Part shown: positions 56,459 to 64,000 of the stretch, piece after piece
Numbering within the stretch: the stretch's first letter is position 1
Layout: each line of letters begins with the position of its first letter
DNA from: Candidatus Latescibacterota bacterium
GTDB lineage: Bacteria > Latescibacterota > UBA2968 > GCA-2709665
Reading direction: 5' to 3'
Length of the DNA: 64,000 bases
Assembly: GCA_965219455.1 (NCBI GenBank)
Contig: OZ244744.1
Location: 448,001 to 512,000, forward strand
Notes under the pieces: generated by a model
Told to the model about the DNA's origin: nothing
What the model saw: only the letters and a program-made list of their open reading frames with translations
The model's database searches: none
Position numbers and translations under genes: made by a program

Positions 56459-57355
56459 GTGAAGAACGATTTTTACAAGGGTCACGGTCTTGGCAACGAC
56501 TACATCGTGATGGATCCGGCCCAACTCGACTTTGAACTCACTCCGGAAAATATCCGATATATCTGCGACCGCAACCGGGGCATCGGCGGTGACGGCATCC
56601 TCACCCTGGAACCCGCAACAGGCGCCGACTACGGCCTGCGCATATTCAACCCCGATGGCAGCGAAGCTGAAAAGTCGGGCAACGGTCTTCGCATTTTCGC
56701 GCGGTTTCTCCACGCCACCCGGCGGACGCGTAAGCGTGACTTTACCGTAGACACCCTGGGCGGACTTGTGGAGATCCAGGTTCACATCGACCGTTACGGA
56801 GACGCCAGCCTGGCAACCGTAGAGATGGGACAGGCCGACTTCACTCCGGATGCCCTCCCGTGCACGCTGGCGGGCGATGAACTCATCGATTGTCCGATAA
56901 CCGCCGCCGGCCACGACCTGAAATTCACCGGCGTTAGCGTGGGAAACCCCCACTGTGTTATCTTCAAACCCTCGAACCAGGCCTGGACGCGCGAGGAACT
57001 GCTCAGCCTGGGTCCCTCTCTGGAAAATCACGAACTCTTTCCCAATCGCATCAACGTGCAACTGGCCGTACCCACGGGTCCGAAGGAAATCTTCATCCTC
57101 ATCTGGGAGCGAGGCGCGGGAGAAACACAGGCATCGGGATCGTCGTCCTGCGCGGCGGCATGCGCCGCCGTTCGCCACGGGCTGGTGGAATCGCCGGTAA
57201 CCGTCAACGCTCCGGGCGGCGCCCTCTACGTCGCCGTTGACTCCGAATTCCGCCTTACCATGAAGGGTCCCGTCGCGGAGGTCGGGCAGGGCGCCCTGAG
57301 CCCGGCGTTCGTCAGGGAACTTCAGGACGTAAACCGGGTCTCTTCCGGCGGGTGA
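56459..57355 (+). CDS. dapF: Diaminopimelate epimerase family protein, Ser/Ser active-site variant
   Basis: KGHGLGNDY, RGIGGDG, FNPDGSEAEKSGNGLR, SVGNPHCV, FPNRINVQ and WERGAGETQASGSS; GGAGG ribosome-binding site before GTG. Confidence 0.85.
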   Translation: MKNDFYKGHGLGNDYIVMDPAQLDFELTPENIRYICDRNRGIGGDGILTLEPATGADYGLRIFNPDGSEAEKSGNGLRIFARFLHATRRTRKRDFTVDTLGGLVEIQVHIDRYGDASLATVEMGQADFTPDALPCTLAGDELIDCPITAAGHDLKFTGVSVGNPHCVIFKPSNQAWTREELLSLGPSLENHELFPNRINVQLAVPTGPKEIFILIWERGAGETQASGSSSCAAACAAVRHGLVESPVTVNAPGGALYVAVDSEFRLTMKGPVAEVGQGALSPAFVRELQDVNRVSSGG

Positions 57356-57366
57356 ACGGATGTCTA

Positions 57367-58479
57367 TTACGCCACACGGTACTTCGCCACGGTGTTCTCG
57401 TCGATCGTCACGCCCAGCCCCGGGCCTTCGGGAACCGTGACGTACCCGTCGGCAAGTTCGAAGCGCTGGTGGGTCAGTTCGTGGCGCAGTGGAGATTCCG
57501 ACATACAATACTCGAACATCTCCCCGCCCGGTATCGCGGCGAGCGCATGAAGCGACGCCGCGATCGTTATCCCGCTCTTGAAGCTGTGATTCACCACCCC
57601 TGTATGGTGGCGGTGCGCCATCCTTCCCACCTCCACCATGGTCGAAATGCCGCACCGCCCCGGATCAGGCTGCACCCAATCCAGTCCGCCATCCGACACC
57701 AGGCGCTCGAAAGCGTCGAGACGCGCTTCCGCTTCCCCCGCGGCAATGGGCAGGGGGCTCTCCGCCGTCAGCCGGGAGTAACCACGCAGGTCGCCCGGTT
57801 GCAGAGGCTCCTCGAGCCAGAACGGGCGGAACTCCGCGAACTGGCGCGCCCGTTTCAGCGCCGTCTTCCAGTCCCATACCTGCCCCGCGTCGATCAGCAA
57901 ATCCACCCCGTCTCCCACGCCGCGCCGCGCTTCCCTTACCAGGGCGATATCGGTCTCTTCGTCCCCTCCCATCGGCCCCCAGCCGAACTTGACCGCCGTA
58001 AAACCCTCCCCCGCGAACCTCCGCCCCAGTTCTCCGGTCTGAGCCGGCGTATCTCCGAACAGAATCGAACAATACGCACGGAAACGCTTCCGGAAGGGTC
58101 CCCCCAGAAGCCGGTATACCGGCCGGTCACATGCTTTGCCCGCAATATCCCATAGCGCAATATTGACGCCCGCCATGGCGTGCAGCGCCACGCCCCCTCC
58201 GCCGTAGTAGTGTGCCGCGTCCAACATACGATGCGTACAGACTTCCACCGCGAGCGGATCTTCGTTGCGAAGCGCGTTAGCCAGACCGTTGCAGATCTGG
58301 TGTGACAGCGGCGCGTCCACAATTGACTTGACGGCCATCGGACAGGAATCCACCTCGCCCCAACCCGTGAGGCCGGCGTCGGTTTCGACCCTGATCAGAC
58401 AGGTATCCTGCGTACCGTCGCAGGTATCAGTGACATGGGGCAGCCGCAACACCATTGCGGTTACACGGGTTATTTTCAT
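57367..58479 (-). CDS. Mandelate racemase/muconate lactonizing enzyme family protein
   Basis: ETDAG.TGWGE, ALWDI.GKA, AVKFG, LIDAG, WLEEP, AAGE, QPD and PGLGV. Confidence 0.9.
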   Translation of the reverse strand: MKITRVTAMVLRLPHVTDTCDGTQDTCLIRVETDAGLTGWGEVDSCPMAVKSIVDAPLSHQICNGLANALRNEDPLAVEVCTHRMLDAAHYYGGGGVALHAMAGVNIALWDIAGKACDRPVYRLLGGPFRKRFRAYCSILFGDTPAQTGELGRRFAGEGFTAVKFGWGPMGGDEETDIALVREARRGVGDGVDLLIDAGQVWDWKTALKRARQFAEFRPFWLEEPLQPGDLRGYSRLTAESPLPIAAGEAEARLDAFERLVSDGGLDWVQPDPGRCGISTMVEVGRMAHRHHTGVVNHSFKSGITIAASLHALAAIPGGEMFEYCMSESPLRHELTHQRFELADGYVTVPEGPGLGVTIDENTVAKYRVA

Positions 58480-58622
58480 TTCAAACCTCCGATCATCGAA
58501 TCAGTCGGCGCCACGGCATCGAGACCGGGCGCAATCGCGCGCGAACAGTGGTTCCCGGTTCCGCATGATACCCACCCGCGTCTGGTCTGTCAATCCTCAC
58601 GCGCGGGATCGGCCGCCGGCTT

Positions 58623-58673
58623 TAGTGTCCGGTCCCGTAAATAGATTGCCTGATTTCCGGGACAGAACACCAG
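58623..58673. mobile_element. Degenerate short MITE-like element of the IS630-like family
   Basis: TAGTGTCCGGTCCCGTAAATAGATTGCCTG...ATTTCCGGGACAGAACAC, in a divergent intergenic region. Confidence 0.7.
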
Positions 58674-58748
58674 AAACGGGTTGCACCCGTGTGCCATTCA
58701 CCGTAGATTATCCGCCATCTGCTCTGGCCCTAAACCGGGGATTCCGCT

Positions 58749-59510
58749 ATGCCCGCCGTCGAGCACCTGCGCGAATACTATGAAGCCAATGGCGTGCTGC
58801 CTCGAATCGACGTCTTCTCCGAAAACGAGATCGACGCATTCAGGTCGCAGTTCGACGAGCTCGAATCCAGAGAAGGCAGAGAAATCTGCCAGATCGGCCT
58901 CCAGTCCCGCCATTTCGAAGAAGAATTCATCTGGAGGCTCTCCACCGATGCCCGTATTCTCGACGTGATGGAACAGGCCATGGGTGGAGAAATCCTGCTT
59001 CTGGCCACGCATTTTTTTTGCAAGTACCCCGACAGAACGGAGAAACATTTCGTGGCGTGGCACCAGGATGTCACTTACTGGGGTCTGGAGCCGCCGCTGG
59101 CGCATACGGCCTGGATCGCCATAGACGACAGCGACGCGGAGAACGGCTGTATGCGGGTTATACCGGGTTCCCACAAGAGCGGTATCGTTACCCACGGCAC
59201 TTCGGAAAGGAAGGGGAATCTACTGAGCATCAACCAGGAAATCCCGGACGAATTCGTGGACACCAGCCGTGCGATAGACCTGGAACTCAGCGCAGGACAG
59301 ATGTCAGTCCATCACGGCCAGCTATTCCACGCCAGCATGCCCAATACCTCGAACAGGCGGCGTTGCGGCCTTACCGTCCGCTTTATCCCGCCGGAAGCCA
59401 GACAGGTCGAAGCCAACTCGATCGGCCGGGACTGGCGGCCCATCCTGCTCAGGGGCGAGAACCGGTACACGCACCACCCCGGAATCCCAATGCCCTTTCC
59501 ACTACAGTAA
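58749..59510 (+). CDS. PhyH family dioxygenase
   Basis: FFCK, WHQDVTYW, AWIAIDD...ENGCM.VIPGSH and HAS.PN.S.RRR.G. Confidence 0.9.
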   Translation: MPAVEHLREYYEANGVLPRIDVFSENEIDAFRSQFDELESREGREICQIGLQSRHFEEEFIWRLSTDARILDVMEQAMGGEILLLATHFFCKYPDRTEKHFVAWHQDVTYWGLEPPLAHTAWIAIDDSDAENGCMRVIPGSHKSGIVTHGTSERKGNLLSINQEIPDEFVDTSRAIDLELSAGQMSVHHGQLFHASMPNTSNRRRCGLTVRFIPPEARQVEANSIGRDWRPILLRGENRYTHHPGIPMPFPLQ

Positions 59511-59521
59511 AGGAAATTCCA

Positions 59522-60391
59522 ATGGCGAAACCCAGGGTAGTCGTTACTGGCGCAGCCGGATATATAGCGGGACGGAGCCTGCCCGTCCTCAGGGAGCGCT
59601 ATAACCTCGGCCTGCTGGACGTCCGAAAAACCGACAGATACGGCAATGGTGTGGAGGGCATCATCCACGCCGATCTCCTCAACCGGGACAGGGATGCGTA
59701 CAGGGAGCATTTCAGGGACACAGACGCCGTGATACATTGCGGCTTCACCCGGGCGAAAGAGCCGGAGGATCAATACTGGGCCGAATCCGACAACATCGCC
59801 ATGGCGCATAACGTCTACCAGACCTGTCTCGAAGAGGACGTCCGCCGGGTGGTTGTAATCAGTTCCAACCACGCCGCCGACTTCTACGAGACGCTCATCT
59901 GGTCCGGCGGCATGGAATTTGTCACGCCGGACATGCGCCCGCTTTCGGACAACTTCTACGGCTGGGCCAAGGCCGCTTACGAACTGCTGGGGTTCGCCTT
60001 TGCCGCGGGCAGGATAGGCAACGGAAGGAAGCTTCAGAATATCCAGCTGCGCATCGGCGGGCCGCGCGACACCGTTGCCGACAACCTGAGTCCGGAAAAC
60101 CCGAAGGGCATGCACCGCGGCCTGGGGGCCTACCTGAGCGCGCGGGACCAGACCCAACTCCTGATCAAGAGCATCGAAACGGAGAATATCGAAGACGAGA
60201 ACGGCATCCCGTTTCAGATTTTCTACGGCATCAGCGGAAACAGCCACAATTTCTGGAGCATCGCCAACGCCCGGAAGATCATCGGCTACGATCCGGAAGA
60301 CAACAGTCAGATCCGGTTCGCGGACAAAATTGCCCCCGTTATCGCCGCCGCGCAACGGGAAAACCACCCGGGTGGAAGGGCCGGCCGCTGA
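59522..60391 (+). CDS. NAD(P)-dependent epimerase/dehydrogenase (uronate-dehydrogenase-like SDR)
   Basis: VVVTGAAGYI, SSNHA, YGWAK, RIG, YLS.RD and YGIS.N. Confidence 0.82.
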   Translation: MAKPRVVVTGAAGYIAGRSLPVLRERYNLGLLDVRKTDRYGNGVEGIIHADLLNRDRDAYREHFRDTDAVIHCGFTRAKEPEDQYWAESDNIAMAHNVYQTCLEEDVRRVVVISSNHAADFYETLIWSGGMEFVTPDMRPLSDNFYGWAKAAYELLGFAFAAGRIGNGRKLQNIQLRIGGPRDTVADNLSPENPKGMHRGLGAYLSARDQTQLLIKSIETENIEDENGIPFQIFYGISGNSHNFWSIANARKIIGYDPEDNSQIRFADKIAPVIAAAQRENHPGGRAGR

Positions 60392-60514
60392 ACCCTTCGG
60401 GTCCCGTTCGGCGCGCGGTCGGGTGAATCGCTCGCGCCGGGCTCGATAACGGACGCACACGCCCGACAATCCGTGAACAACGGGTCGTCGGATTTTCCGT
60501 TGAGGTCAACCCAA

Positions 60515-61639
60515 ATGAAAATCACCCGCCTCGAAACCATCCCTGTCGGGCAGCGGTTCCTCGTGCTGAAAATGCACACCGACGAGGGCATCGTCGGCTT
60601 TGGCGAACCCTTGGACTATACGCACTGGCGGATCGTCGCGCGCGCCATGGACGACTTGGCCGAATACCTCATCGGCAAGGACCCGCTCCAGATCGAAGAC
60701 CACTGGCAGACCTTTTTCCGCTCCACTTACAGCCGCAGCATGCCCATCATTATTGGCGCGCTCAGCGGAGTGGACATGGCCATGTGGGACATCATGGGCA
60801 AGGTTCTGAACGTGCCCGTGTGGCGACTTCTGGGGGGGTCGGTTCGAGACCGGGTGCGCGTCTACGCCCACGCCGGCGGGAATACCCCGGAATCCTGTGC
60901 GAAACAAGCGCGCGAGCGCGTCGAAGACGGATTCACGGCCATCAAAATGGGCGTTTCCGTCAAACCCGTCCGATATGTGGACACGGCAAAAACGGTAGAC
61001 GAAATGGTCGACCGCGTGGCCGCTGTCCGCGAGGCCGTGGGCGACGACGTCGACATTGCGGTGGATCTGCACCGCCGCCTCAGCCCCCGGATGGCCATTA
61101 TCACAGTCAAAGCGCTCGAGCCCTATAATCTGCTTTTTGCGGAAGAGCCCTGCCATCCTGAAAACAACGACGCCCTGCTCACCCTTTCCCGTTCAACCCC
61201 CACGCCCATCGCAACCGGGGAACGCCACCTCACGCGCTGGAGTTTCTGGGACATTGTGGAAAAGCAGGCCTGCGCCGTTCTGCAGCCGGATATCCGGCAC
61301 GTGGGCGGCATCTCGGAAATGAAAAAAATCGCCACACTGGCTGAAATCCGGGATATTGCCCTGGCGCCGCACAACGCTGCCGGTCCCATTGGCGTCGTCG
61401 CGTCGATCCATACCATGGCCACGGTCCCGAATTTCCTGATCTGCGAAGGCGGCACCGTCCGCGGCGACGGTCTTCTTCTACCGCCTCTCACCTTCAAAGA
61501 CGGCTTCATCGACCTGCCCACCGGGCCCGGCCTCGGATTCGACATTGACGACGACGCCCTCGATGCGATGCGAGACGAACGCTTTCGCTTCCGCGGTATG
61601 TGGCGATCCGAAGAAGATGGATCTTTCGTGGATTACTAG
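60515..61639 (+). CDS. Galactonate-dehydratase-like enolase superfamily protein
   Basis: TDEG.VG.GE, GVD.A.WDI.GK, LLGG.VRD, VDLH.R, EEP, ATGER, QPD and APHN..GP. Confidence 0.88.
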   Translation: MKITRLETIPVGQRFLVLKMHTDEGIVGFGEPLDYTHWRIVARAMDDLAEYLIGKDPLQIEDHWQTFFRSTYSRSMPIIIGALSGVDMAMWDIMGKVLNVPVWRLLGGSVRDRVRVYAHAGGNTPESCAKQARERVEDGFTAIKMGVSVKPVRYVDTAKTVDEMVDRVAAVREAVGDDVDIAVDLHRRLSPRMAIITVKALEPYNLLFAEEPCHPENNDALLTLSRSTPTPIATGERHLTRWSFWDIVEKQACAVLQPDIRHVGGISEMKKIATLAEIRDIALAPHNAAGPIGVVASIHTMATVPNFLICEGGTVRGDGLLLPPLTFKDGFIDLPTGPGLGFDIDDDALDAMRDERFRFRGMWRSEEDGSFVDY

Positions 61640-61796
61640 TGTTCTGTCCCAGAAATAGGTTGCCTAAATTCGGCCGTCGAGTCGCCCGGCTCGCAAGGCG
61701 CCACCGACCTGCGTAAGTTCGGCGAGCGAAGGCAACGCCGCGAGACGGGATGAATCGGCGGGAGAATGGTTAGATATTTTTGGGACAGGACACTAG
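61636..61796. mobile_element. 161-bp MITE-like element (longest copy), IS630-like ends in CTAG context
   Basis: CTAGTGTTCTGTCCCAGAAATA...TATTTTTGGGACAGGACACTAG (22-bp inverted repeat, 2 mismatches); internal hairpin. Confidence 0.85.
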
Positions 61797-61847
61797 GATC
61801 GGGTGGCCGCTTGTGAATGGACTCCCAACACGCTGGAGACAACCCCA

Positions 61848-63095
61848 ATGTACCGGTCGCGAAACCGATGGCTGACCTCGCTCGCGCTGGCCGTATTGCC
61901 CTGGGCGTTAGCCGAAGTCCCCGGCGCCGAGGCAGTCGGGTCCTCCTCGGCGGATCGCAGCCTGATTTCCATTCGCCAGGAATATAACGCGGTCTCGGCA
62001 CGGATCGACAGCCTGGTTCGCGTGATGAGAGCAGCAGACCCCGGCGCCATCGACGACAGACGCCTTCCCGAATCCGCCGACGTCCTGCGTCTTCCGAAAG
62101 GGACCTCAGTTGTCTGCATCTTCTGGGCCGATGACGAGGCACGGGTGTGGCTCAACGACTTCCTCGTCGGCGAAACTCGCCTCACACCGGTGGAGATCGA
62201 AATCCCGCACATCTATTTGAAAAGCAGAAATCGGATCCGCGCCCGATGCTGGGACACGGACCACGTGGAAAGCGGATTCCTCTTCGGTCTCTATCTGAAG
62301 GACGCAAACGGCGCAATGCACCCGATTCTGGTCTCCGACGATACCTGGCAGACAACAGACGGTCCGGCCCACGAGATCACCTATGCGCATCCCGTGCCGG
62401 ACATTTCCACGGCCAAGGTCATTTGGCACACCCGGTTATTCGGGCAGGCGGAATTCGTGAAACGCTTCAGTCGCCGGGAGATCGAGCGGGCCCTGTCAAA
62501 AGCGCCGCGGACACGCGCATCGAGCACCAGGCAGAAACGAATGGACTACCACAGCTTTCTGCAGAGTCTGATTTCCCTCCAGGAAACACGCGCCGGACTC
62601 GGACGTCAGCTTCGGGAGTCCGCGGACCCGGTACTTCAGTCCGCTTACAAAGGACATCGGAATCGGGAAATCAGCTTCACGCTGGGCAAGGCGGGACCAC
62701 TCAATGAAGAGACGTCACTCACCTTCGCCAAGGAAGTCGAATTGTGGGCGGAGAAACTGGCCGAGACTGAAAAACGCCTCGTTTACCCCCGAAAACGCAC
62801 CCTTAAGGGTGAGGGCGCCGCCATTGCGGCGGCGGGAACGGCAGCGTCCGGCGCGGAAAGCGGCGACCGTCTGGACGCCTATCGCCCGCCCGAGGAACGG
62901 TCTCCCGGTGAACAATCGGTTTCCGGAAAGCGTGGCAGAGAAGGAGAATCCGCCTCAACCGAATCCGGTGGACGAGGAGGAAGCGGAGGGAGCAGCGGAC
63001 GCGGGTCGCGCGCGGGGTTGCTGGTTCCCACCGTTGTTATCGCCGCGTACGTGGGGTTTGTCATTTCGAAGAGCAGGGATGTATTTCGTGATTGA
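61848..63095 (+). CDS. Exported protein with Gly/Ser-rich linker and C-terminal membrane anchor
   Basis: Signal peptide; beta-rich WADDEA.VWLND domain; GGRGGSGGSSGRG linker followed by a TM segment and basic tail. Confidence 0.7.
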   Translation: MYRSRNRWLTSLALAVLPWALAEVPGAEAVGSSSADRSLISIRQEYNAVSARIDSLVRVMRAADPGAIDDRRLPESADVLRLPKGTSVVCIFWADDEARVWLNDFLVGETRLTPVEIEIPHIYLKSRNRIRARCWDTDHVESGFLFGLYLKDANGAMHPILVSDDTWQTTDGPAHEITYAHPVPDISTAKVIWHTRLFGQAEFVKRFSRREIERALSKAPRTRASSTRQKRMDYHSFLQSLISLQETRAGLGRQLRESADPVLQSAYKGHRNREISFTLGKAGPLNEETSLTFAKEVELWAEKLAETEKRLVYPRKRTLKGEGAAIAAAGTAASGAESGDRLDAYRPPEERSPGEQSVSGKRGREGESASTESGGRGGSGGSSGRGSRAGLLVPTVVIAAYVGFVISKSRDVFRD

Positions 63096-63119
63096 ATTTT
63101 CCCGACGGGAGAATGCGCC

Positions 63120-63917
63120 GTGGAGAGTTTAACCAGGATCGAAATCCTCACATCGATCCTTTTCATATCCGCCTGCGCAATGGCAGGCGCGCTCACCCTG
63201 ATGCAGGACATGGCGGCAATCCGCCGGGAAGAACACCGGTACGGACTGCCGGCAAACCACGCGAATCTCACCAGCGCCGCGCTCGGCGGCCTTGCGGGAC
63301 TGGGCATCGCCCTGCTGGGCATCTACTATTACATGTTCGTCCCGCCACCTCAAAGCTGGATCGAGTGGGTAGGCCGGTCTTCATATGCGCTCATCGTGGC
63401 AGCGTCCGCGGCGCATCTTTCTCTCGTCGGCCATATGTGGATGCGTATTCGGGCTGAAGAGAAAGCCCTGCGCTCCCCGGCAACCGGCCACCGCCTGGGC
63501 ACCCTTCTTTCACGTCGAAATGAGGGCCTGAAAAAACTGGAGCATGATACGGACACGTACCCGGATCTGAAAGTCCGGGACGACGAACTGATCACAGACC
63601 TGATCGGCGTTATTGGCGAACGGCTGCTCCTCGGCCACCGCGCCCTCGGCCGTATTCCCTTTTATGGCTATCTGGGGACGGTTTGCGGTATCCTGCTCAT
63701 GGCGCAGGAACTCGCTCGGCTGGACGAAGCCACCGAGACGTTCAAGGTCCTCAGGGACATGGCCGATGGGCTGACCCTGGCCTTCAAGACAACCCTGATT
63801 GCCTTGCTGGCCTACCTGCCACTAAGGAAGTGCTTCGACATATTGCTCAGCAGGGTCGGCGCCCTGGAGCGGGCGTGGCTGGCCCTGAGAGATGACCGGG
63901 GGAGCGAAATCCGGTGA
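63120..63917 (+). CDS. MotA/TolQ/ExbB proton channel family protein
   Basis: C-terminal IPFYGYLGTVCGIL...GLTLAFKTTLIALL; three N-terminal TM segments. Confidence 0.75.
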   Translation: MESLTRIEILTSILFISACAMAGALTLMQDMAAIRREEHRYGLPANHANLTSAALGGLAGLGIALLGIYYYMFVPPPQSWIEWVGRSSYALIVAASAAHLSLVGHMWMRIRAEEKALRSPATGHRLGTLLSRRNEGLKKLEHDTDTYPDLKVRDDELITDLIGVIGERLLLGHRALGRIPFYGYLGTVCGILLMAQELARLDEATETFKVLRDMADGLTLAFKTTLIALLAYLPLRKCFDILLSRVGALERAWLALRDDRGSEIR

Positions 63918-64000
63918 AAGACCGATTTTTACAGCGCGCCGCCGCGCAGGCGGAAGAACACGACATCAGCAAGGAACTGTTCCTTGGAATCATGATGCTC
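63914..64000 (+). CDS. Start of a probable ExbD/MotB-like partner (truncated by window end)
   Basis: GTGA overlap with the upstream stop; VKDRFLQRAAAQAEEHDISKELFLGIMML runs into a hydrophobic helix. Confidence 0.45.
   Translation, partial: MKDRFLQRAAAQAEEHDISKELFLGIMML

Noticed and set aside
63120-64000. Zorya anti-phage system (ZorA/ZorB)
   Set aside because: The ExbB-like protein lacks ZorA's long C-terminal helical tail.

Overview
GC-rich bacterial chromosomal window with about 55 genes and two tRNAs (Val-GAC, Phe-GAA). I saw no rRNA, CRISPR array, integrase or transposase. Housekeeping genes (folB, folK, deoxynucleoside kinase, ygfZ/gcvT-like, murD, cysC, cca, murA, rlmN, larC, a dapF-like gene, a frameshifted sigma-70) are mixed with many catabolic genes: four PhyH dioxygenases, two heparinase II/III proteins, Gfo/Idh/MocA oxidoreductases and enolase-superfamily dehydratases. 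That profile resembles Latescibacterota/Poribacteria-type heterotrophs (inference only). The strongest candidate for a new system is a bacterial-microcompartment (BMC) locus at 50604-53540. A 2-domain shell gene and an unusual 4-domain shell gene together supply exactly six different BMC domains. They lie in the same frame, separated only by one TGA plus 9 nt, so they could form a hetero- or single-chain pseudohexamer. A DHDPS-family aldolase with a BMC-type N-terminal module follows. Upstream is an uncharacterised envelope system (ABC ATPase, two OPT-like membrane proteins, and an M28-like/FtsX fusion). Also notable: two families of short MITE-like elements sharing an internal motif, a BpsA-like/DUF2156 gene pair, an HxG (halogenase-type) PhyH, and a DapF with Ser at both catalytic Cys positions. 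All protein assignments come from motif recognition by eye; no database searches were run.
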